From positions 4,740,001 through 4,772,000 of the forward strand of contig NC_010546.1 in assembly GCF_000017845.1 (NCBI RefSeq): 32,000 bases of DNA, written 5' to 3'. The position numbers were made by a program, and so were the translations under genes. Every line of letters starts with the position of its first letter. The stretch's first letter is position 1. Source of the stretch: Crocosphaera subtropica ATCC 51142 (lineage in GTDB: Bacteria > Cyanobacteriota > Cyanobacteriia > Cyanobacteriales > Microcystaceae). Positions 26,097-32,000 of this stretch are shown in pieces. Under the pieces are notes generated by a model, which saw only the letters and a list, made by a program, of their open reading frames with translations, did not search any database and had not been told where the DNA came from.

Positions 26097-26516
26097 TTAC
26101 TCAAATAAATTGAGAGGAAAATGACCATAGGTTCCTACTAAGTTATGGTTATCCGATTGACAAGAAATTAAGACCCCACGATAACTTCCTGTATAGGAAT
26201 CCACATAATAAGACATGGTTTCAGTATTAAATTTAACATAGACTGGGGTTTGTCGAGGGGCACTAGGAGAAGGGTCTAAATCTTCAGATATTCCCAAGGC
26301 TTTTAGATAACTTTTGAGGGTTTTAAATGCTTCTTGAAAATTATCAGCACAAATACCAAGATTTTCAGTTTCACACAAATCTGAAACAATTTTTATGGCT
26401 TGCCGTAACTTACTTTTATCAGCTTCAAAATCTACAATTTTAATCTGAAGACAACTGTATTCTTTGAGGATTCTGAGAGCCTCGTCAACGCTTAAATTAG
26501 TATTAGCTTGAGACAT
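26097..26516 (-). CDS. Conserved cyanobacterial hypothetical protein (DUF1824-like, from memory)
   Basis: 139-aa ORF with ATG start. The C-terminal ...YRGVLISCQSDNHNLVGTYGHFPLNLF resembles that family. Unverified. Confidence 0.6.
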   Translation of the reverse strand: MSQANTNLSVDEALRILKEYSCLQIKIVDFEADKSKLRQAIKIVSDLCETENLGICADNFQEAFKTLKSYLKALGISEDLDPSPSAPRQTPVYVKFNTETMSYYVDSYTGSYRGVLISCQSDNHNLVGTYGHFPLNLFE

Positions 26517-27009
26517 GATGATCAGTTTAATGAGTGAGTTAAGGACAAAAGACGAAAGTGGTCATGAGACAATCATGAATTTATTGATGATTTCTCAGAG
26601 AGTGATGACTGATAACAGTATCAAAATAGATCATAGAAAACAAATTCTTGATGGCTTTCTAGAGTACAATCTGAACGAGAATAAAGAAAATTGTGTTCGC
26701 TTTGGTCAACTGTTCCTTCTATGATTTTCACCACACAGACCAAACCGTTTAAAGACACCCTGTTGATAAAAAGAGATTAGGGTCTTGAACTATATCCAAA
26801 ATATACTGATCATCAGGAACATTCAAGGTCTGAATCAAGGGTGAGAGTAGCATTAATTACTTGAACTTTGTAAACGGTGACAAATCCTCAAAATTGAATT
26901 TCATGATCTATGCTACGATGGTCGGGGTCATCAGGAAACGAACTTGCTGATGTTTTTAAGATTTGCCCTCAACGGTTATGATGAAAAAAGATGAGTTGTA
27001 GGATAAGAT

Positions 27010-27222
27010 ATGGGTGAAGCAAAACGTCGCAAAGAAGCTTTAGGAGAGCAGTACGGCCAAGAAGAGCGTATTTTACCTTGGGTTCCCATTTCTAAGGGTC
27101 AGGCAGATGCTTTCTATCAATGGACAACAAGAGGGGCTTGGGTTGGTATTGCCATGATGATTGCTCTTTGGCTGACCGTCCGTTTTATCGGCCCTGCATT
27201 GGGTTGGTGGGATATTCAATAG
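27010..27222 (+). CDS. Small membrane protein (DUF2839-like, from memory)
   Basis: 70-aa ORF beginning MGEAKRRKEALGE..., with a single TM segment (AWVGIAMMIALWLTVRFI). Confidence 0.6.
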   Translation: MGEAKRRKEALGEQYGQEERILPWVPISKGQADAFYQWTTRGAWVGIAMMIALWLTVRFIGPALGWWDIQ

Positions 27223-27223
27223 G

Positions 27224-27841
27224 TTAAAAAGTATGACGATTTGTGTTGACATACTTGACAAGTTTAGGAAAAAATAATAAGAAATCTGACTCTAATTCCT
27301 GATAGTTTTCTTGTAAATCGTAATGGGCGATCTCGAAGAGATCCGCTCTGCGGTGCGCACAATTATTGGGTCGTTTAATTCGTTGAGCGAGTCGTTGGCA
27401 AGTTCTCTTGATTCCTTCGATTTTTCTGTAAGAAACTAACCAATTTTCTAGGATAATTCTCGGTAAAATTAGCTGTAATTTCTCAGGAAGTTGATAATAA
27501 TTCTTTCGTAAAATAGTATAAGTATTATCTGCAAATATCTCTAATTTTTCAGAAGAAAATAACTGCCAATTATTGGCTAAAAAATGATCATAAAAAACAT
27601 CGATTAAAACCCCTGAAAACCTTCCTTGAGAGTGATAAATTCTTTGTTTACTTCTTTTAAAAATTTCATGATTATCCGTAAACTGATCAACTTTCAAATG
27701 AGTTTTAATGCCTTTAATAATATCTTGGGAATAGGGAGAAATTTTTGGATCAATTCTTCCTTTAACAAAATCCCCTAATAAGTTGCCTATACGGGATTCT
27801 GGAGTATTCTCTGCTAACAATAAATGAGCCAGATAATTCAT
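27224..27841 (-). CDS. acpH: Acyl carrier protein phosphodiesterase
   Basis: 205-aa ORF. The N-terminal MNYLAHLLLA...GNLLGDFVKG and C-terminal NWLVSYR...YDLQENYQELE align with E. coli AcpH (MNFLAHLHLA..., WLVRYR...YDLDAHYDALE). Confidence 0.85.
   Translation of the reverse strand: MNYLAHLLLAENTPESRIGNLLGDFVKGRIDPKISPYSQDIIKGIKTHLKVDQFTDNHEIFKRSKQRIYHSQGRFSGVLIDVFYDHFLANNWQLFSSEKLEIFADNTYTILRKNYYQLPEKLQLILPRIILENWLVSYRKIEGIKRTCQRLAQRIKRPNNCAHRRADLFEIAHYDLQENYQELESDFLLFFPKLVKYVNTNRHTF
27325..27358. repeat. Double-hairpin mini-repeat, copy inside the acpH coding sequence
   Basis: GGGCGATCTCGAAGAGATCCGCTCTGCGGTGCGC contains hairpins GATCTC-GAA-GAGATC and CCGC-TCT-GCGG. On the minus strand it is read in frame as CAHRRADLFEIA. 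Confidence 0.55.
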
Positions 27842-27971
27842 AACTTATTAATAAGGATTTGTTGATGACTCTTTAAGCCATTTTTTAAAGTAATTTTAAC
27901 ATAACCTTTAAATTGCCATAGTATCTTAAGCAAAAGAATTTTACATCGGATACTTTTTGGCAGATTGAACA

Positions 27972-29903
27972 ATGTTTAGCAAACAACAATATACTCTGAT
28001 TTTCGCTAGTGTCCTCAGTTGGGGAGTTTTATTCAATCATCAGACTGCTTACCCTTTTACCGTGACCATACTTCACAATAACGATGGAGAGTCACAACTA
28101 CTCAACGCAGGGTCAGGAATTGAGAATTTTGGGGGAGTTGACCGATTTACCACCTTAGTCAACGATTTACGCAATAATGCAACTACAGACGCTGTTTTAA
28201 CTCTCTCTTCAGGGGATAACTTTTTAGCCGGTCCAGAATTCAATGCTAGTTTAGCAACCGGTTCAATGGGTTCACGCATCTACTACGATGCCTTAGCCTT
28301 GGGTAATATTGGCTATGATGCCATTATCCTCGGCAACCATGACTTTGATTTTGGTCCGGATCTCCTAGCTGACTTTATCGCTTTTTATAACAATAACACT
28401 GTTAATGCTGCCCCTTACCTCAGTGCTAACTTAGATTTTTCTGGGGAAGCTAACCTACAAAATTTAGTGAATATGGGACAAATAGCCAGTAGTGCTATTG
28501 TAGAAAAAGGAGGACAAAAAATAGGCATTATTGGGGCAACAACCCCTAATTTACCCTTTATTTCTAGTCCGGGTAATGTGTCTGTCAATCAAGATGTCAA
28601 AACCGTCGTACAAGGAGAAATTGATCGTCTTACCACAGAAGAAGGGGTGAATAAAATTATTTTAGTCAGTCATCTTCAAGGGGTTAACGAAGACGAAGCC
28701 TTAATCTCACAGTTACAAGGGGTTGATATTGCCATTGCTGGCGGTGGTGACGAAATTTTAGCCAACCCAGACGATCAATTAGTTCCTGGGGATAGCAGAC
28801 AAGATGATTATCCGAGGATCGTCCAAGATATCAATGGCAACGATGTTCCCTTGGTGACAACAGCCGGTAATTATAAATATGTCGGTCAGTTAGTGGTTGA
28901 ATTCGACGACAATGGGGAACTACTGAGTATTGACGCTGGAAGCGGTCCAGTGGTGGTAGCAGGAACAGGGGCGATCGCAGGGGATGGAAACCCAGTGACC
29001 CAAACGGTTGTGGGTGATCCGACGGTACAAAGCCAAATTAACGATCCTGTGCAGAATTTTGTTGATAGTTTAGCCAACAATATTATTGCTGTTTCTGAGG
29101 TCAATTTAGATGGCCGTAGGAATGCTATTCGTTCCCAAGAAACCAATGAAGGTAACTTAGTAGCTGATGCCATTTTATTTCAAGCGAACCAGTCAGCAGC
29201 AGGGTTTGGTTTGGGTTCAGTGGATATTGCTTTAACCAATGGGGGAGGAATTCGCAATGATACGATTATTCCTGCCGGAGACATTAGTGAGTTAGATACT
29301 TTTGATATTTTACCCTTTGGGAATTTTGTCAGCATTTTTCCTGAAATTACCCCCACACAACTTAAAACTATCCTAGAGAATGCAGTTGCTTCTATTAGTT
29401 TGATGGATAATGAAGCGAATATTGATGGGGCCAGTGGAACAGGACGTTTTGCTCAAATTGCAGGGTTTAATTTCACCTATAATCCCACGGAAACCCCTAT
29501 TGAAATTGATGGAGACGGTAACATTACCATTCCCGGATCTCGCATTATTGATGTGACGTTGGAAGATGGAACCAAATTAATCGAAAAGGGTCGAATATTA
29601 GGCAATGCTCCTAGTGTTTCTGTAGCGACGGTTGATTTTCTGGCTAGAGGTGGGGATCAATATCCTTTTGGAGACACTCCTTTTACAAATGTGGGTGTAA
29701 CGTATCAACAAGCTTTAGCTAACTACATTGAGAGTAGTTTAGGACTCAATGGGGTGATCTCGGCCGCTGACTATCCTGAAGGGGGAGAAGGTCGAATTAG
29801 TTTGACCACCCAAACCGTAGTTTCCACACCAGAACCTTCGAGTTTGTTAGGGTTAGGATTATTGGTATTAGGCTTTGTGGTTAAACGAAAAGTCTTGAAA
29901 TAA
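27972..29903 (+). CDS. Bifunctional metallophosphatase/5'-nucleotidase with C-terminal PEP-CTERM sorting signal
   Basis: 643-aa ORF with a signal peptide. It has calcineurin-like motifs ILHNNDGES and GNHDFDFG, a 5'-nucleotidase C-domain (NGGGIRND), and the C-terminal TPEPSSLLGLGLLVLGFVV-KRKVLK. Confidence 0.87.
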   Translation: MFSKQQYTLIFASVLSWGVLFNHQTAYPFTVTILHNNDGESQLLNAGSGIENFGGVDRFTTLVNDLRNNATTDAVLTLSSGDNFLAGPEFNASLATGSMGSRIYYDALALGNIGYDAIILGNHDFDFGPDLLADFIAFYNNNTVNAAPYLSANLDFSGEANLQNLVNMGQIASSAIVEKGGQKIGIIGATTPNLPFISSPGNVSVNQDVKTVVQGEIDRLTTEEGVNKIILVSHLQGVNEDEALISQLQGVDIAIAGGGDEILANPDDQLVPGDSRQDDYPRIVQDINGNDVPLVTTAGNYKYVGQLVVEFDDNGELLSIDAGSGPVVVAGTGAIAGDGNPVTQTVVGDPTVQSQINDPVQNFVDSLANNIIAVSEVNLDGRRNAIRSQETNEGNLVADAILFQANQSAAGFGLGSVDIALTNGGGIRNDTIIPAGDISELDTFDILPFGNFVSIFPEITPTQLKTILENAVASISLMDNEANIDGASGTGRFAQIAGFNFTYNPTETPIEIDGDGNITIPGSRIIDVTLEDGTKLIEKGRILGNAPSVSVATVDFLARGGDQYPFGDTPFTNVGVTYQQALANYIESSLGLNGVISAADYPEGGEGRISLTTQTVVSTPEPSSLLGLGLLVLGFVVKRKVLK

Positions 29904-29916
29904 TTTAAGAATAAAA

Positions 29917-29942
29917 TAGAGGTCAATTATCTTTGACCTCTA
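29917..29942. terminator. Hairpin between convergent nucleotidase and crtR genes (probable bidirectional terminator)
   Basis: A 10-bp perfect stem, TAGAGGTCAA (29917-26)/TTGACCTCTA (29933-42), with a 6-nt loop. It starts 14 nt after the nucleotidase stop. The flank that would follow the hairpin on the minus strand is U-rich (TTTTATTCTT). Confidence 0.55.
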
Positions 29943-30079
29943 CAAAAACCAAAATTTTTATCTAGCAGTACCAAAAATTAGTTAGGATATTTCCTCTATG
30001 TTCAATTGTCATGCCGAGGTAACCAGGAATCTTATTCACCTCCTAACCATAATCAATACTGTAGTGCTATAGTTTTCTA

Positions 30080-31006
30080 TCAAGAAGGAGATTTTTTATG
30101 ATGACCATGAAAACGAATCCCTAAAAAGACATCATAGAGAAAATTCCAAAGATTTTTTCCTTGTAATAATCCTAAAGATTGCTCACATCCTTTGGCATCT
30201 AATAAAGGTTTCGTTGCATGGTAAGCTGGTTTATATTTATACCAAGGAATAGACGGCCATAAATGATGAACTAAATGATAGTTTTGACCAAAGATTAAGA
30301 TGTTCAAAATCGCACTAGGATAAACCCTGGCATTTTTCCAGCGATCCCGTTCTTCAAAAGGCCGATGGGGTAAATAATCAAAAAACAATCCTAAAGCTAC
30401 TCCTACCACTAAAGCAGGAACAAACCAGAAATTCATAACGTAACCAATAAACCCGTAATGAATTCCCAAAAAAACGATAGTAAAGAGAAATAATCTACTT
30501 AAAAACCATTCTAAAAGTTCGTATTTTTTCCACAAACGACGCTTAAAAAAGAAAATTTCGTGATAAAAAAAACGTGCTGCGATCATCCATAGCGGACCAC
30601 CTGTTGAGACAAAATGATCGGGATCATTATCAGGATCATTAACGTGAGCATGATGTTGCAGATGAACCCGTGTGAACACAGGAAAGGCAAACCCTAGCAT
30701 CAAGGCACTCCCATGACCTAAAATAGCATTGATAATGCGATTACGGTGAGCAGCATTGTGAGAAGCATCATGGATGACTGTACCTGATAAATGTAGGGCA
30801 AGAACGCTACAAACAAAGCAGATCCAATTTGACCATTCCCATATCCAATAACCGCAAATCGAACAACCAATGAGGGATAAAGCGGTAAAAAACATCACCA
30901 CGTTGGGATTGAACCCTCCTGGGGGTTTGAGAAACTCTCTAGGGACTGTTTGCAGCGTCTGTGCCGACTGCATGGCTGTTTCTTGCTCCTTTATCGACAT
31001 TATCAT
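30080..31006 (-). CDS. crtR: Beta-carotene hydroxylase, CrtR type (fatty-acid-desaturase superfamily)
   Basis: 308-aa membrane ORF with His boxes HDASHNAAH, HLQHHAH and HLVHHLWP. Overall it closely resembles cyanobacterial CrtR as I recall it. Confidence 0.85.
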   Translation of the reverse strand: MIMSIKEQETAMQSAQTLQTVPREFLKPPGGFNPNVVMFFTALSLIGCSICGYWIWEWSNWICFVCSVLALHLSGTVIHDASHNAAHRNRIINAILGHGSALMLGFAFPVFTRVHLQHHAHVNDPDNDPDHFVSTGGPLWMIAARFFYHEIFFFKRRLWKKYELLEWFLSRLFLFTIVFLGIHYGFIGYVMNFWFVPALVVGVALGLFFDYLPHRPFEERDRWKNARVYPSAILNILIFGQNYHLVHHLWPSIPWYKYKPAYHATKPLLDAKGCEQSLGLLQGKNLWNFLYDVFLGIRFHGHHKKSPS

Positions 31007-31062
31007 TAATCTTTGAGTAGTTTACACGATAACAGAAATTTAATAAAGATTTGTAACATTAT

Positions 31063-31082
31063 CTCATCTTATGTAAGATGAG
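31063..31082. promoter_or_regulatory. Perfect 9-2-9 palindrome in the crtR/Rieske divergent intergenic region (candidate operator)
   Basis: CTCATCTTA-TG-TAAGATGAG, 57 nt upstream of the crtR start codon. Confidence 0.35.
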
Positions 31083-31271
31083 CGTTAAATTACGAAAACT
31101 CAAGGGAAACATATAGTACATTTATTCGTAAAACAACTCTACAAGTTAAGGATAGTTTATAGATTTGTCATTCCAGCAATAAAACATGAGTATTTTAATC
31201 ATTGCTGCTGAGATGACTTTAAACGAAATAAAACGTTAAAATTAAATAAAAAGTCAACAGAGCAAATAATT

Positions 31272-32000
31272 ATGATTAGTCAATTTTCCTGGAGTCAAAA
31301 TTGGTATCCTATTAGTCCATTAAGTTACCTTGATCCTTCTGTTCCTACCCCCATTACTATCTTGGGAAAAAAATTAGTTATTTGGCAGACTAAAAATCAA
31401 CAATGGGTGGTTATGGATGATCAATGTCCTCATAAATTAGCACAACTTTCCTTCGGAAAAATACAAGCTGATGGAACCTTAATGTGTCGTCATCATGGAT
31501 GGTGTTTTAATGAGCAAGGAAACTGTACAAAAATTCCTATGTTAGTAGAAGAAGAAGCGATAAAAACAGCTTGTAATAGTTCTCGATCTCAAGTAACAGT
31601 TTATCCCACACAAGTGAAGCAAGGATTATTATGGGTTTGGCCGGATAATCAAGAAACAGCATTTGAAGATTGCCAGTTAAAAGAACCTGCCATTATTCCT
31701 GAATGTGGGTTAGATGTTACCGCTACAGATTGGCATTTATCAGAAGTTCCTGTGGGTTATACTGTCTCATTAGAAAGTAGTTTTGATCCATCCCATGCTC
31801 AATTTCTTCATGAAGGATTAGCCGGGTTTTCTCCTGAAAAAACTATACCAATTACATCTTTTAAAACAGTAAGTGAAATTTCAGCCGAAGCAGGTTTTAC
31901 CTTAAAACATAGTGGTTATAATATTTTTAATCAGGATATGGAAGCAACTCGGCAATTTAGTCCACCTTGTTGTAATACAACTATTTATCGTTATCCTAAC
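31272..32000 (+). CDS. Rieske [2Fe-2S] oxygenase of the PAO/Tic55/CruH-like family (partial, runs off the window)
   Basis: The frame is open from the ATG at 31272 to the window end (243 codons). The Rieske motif is CPHKLAQLSFG...(17 aa)...CRHHGWCF, followed by the start of the mononuclear-iron region (DPSHAQFLHEG). Confidence 0.85.
   Translation, partial: MISQFSWSQNWYPISPLSYLDPSVPTPITILGKKLVIWQTKNQQWVVMDDQCPHKLAQLSFGKIQADGTLMCRHHGWCFNEQGNCTKIPMLVEEEAIKTACNSSRSQVTVYPTQVKQGLLWVWPDNQETAFEDCQLKEPAIIPECGLDVTATDWHLSEVPVGYTVSLESSFDPSHAQFLHEGLAGFSPEKTIPITSFKTVSEISAEAGFTLKHSGYNIFNQDMEATRQFSPPCCNTTIYRYPN

Noticed and set aside
26749-26853. 34-codon minus-strand ORF MLLSPLIQTLNVPDDQYILDIVQDPNLFLSTGCL in the 26517-27009 intergenic region
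   Set aside because: The sequence looks protein-like and might be a gene fragment. It is too short, I recognise no family, and there is no SD, so it is not reportable as a gene.
17434-29173. Other embedded ORFs: 17434-17649, 20857-21051, 21821-22048, 22344-22547, 22348-22605, 24578-24892, 26515-26724, 27073-27261, 28073-28279 and 28886-29173
   Set aside because: All lie inside or antisense to better-supported genes, or in the case of 26515-26724 in a promoter region with no SD. None has recognisable motifs.

Overview
This looks like a chromosomal segment from a low-GC cyanobacterium. I infer that from 18 perfect HIP1 octamers (GCGATCGC, counted by eye), STRR-like heptamer arrays, two PEP-CTERM proteins, and the gene content (ctaA-ctaB, crtR, IM30/PspA, cyanobacteria-type small conserved ORFs). 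I support about 27 protein genes, mostly housekeeping or envelope-related. They are: an S8 protease, short-form GlgB, MnmE, heme A and heme O synthases, an HX4D acyltransferase abutting an IM30/PspA gene, a DHH phosphoesterase, an ABC-2 permease, an Ntn-hydrolase acylase, a PEP-CTERM protein, Def, Map, AcpH, a PEP-CTERM 5'-nucleotidase, CrtR and a partial PAO/Tic55-type Rieske oxygenase. There is also an envelope glycosylation module: a GT-C enzyme, a polyprenyl-phosphate GT2-GtrA fusion and a decayed GT2. I found no rRNA, tRNA, CRISPR array, transposase, integrase or canonical defence gene. Nothing here can be claimed as a demonstrated new system. The best candidates for a second look are: (1) a three-ORF cassette of unknowns at 19.6-21.1 kb whose middle protein has a TIR-like/deoxyribosyltransferase-like C-terminal half; (2) the 1.1-kb ORF-poor stretch just upstream of it, with a GC-rich structured core; (3) a GC-rich multi-stem element at 11.72-11.94 kb bracketed by inverted heptamer arrays; (4) a ~34-nt double-hairpin mini-repeat present twice, once in frame inside acpH, with a compensatory base-pair change; (5) two gene relics, an aquaporin C-terminus and a GT2/membrane-protein hybrid. 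All family calls come from motif recognition by eye and need database confirmation.
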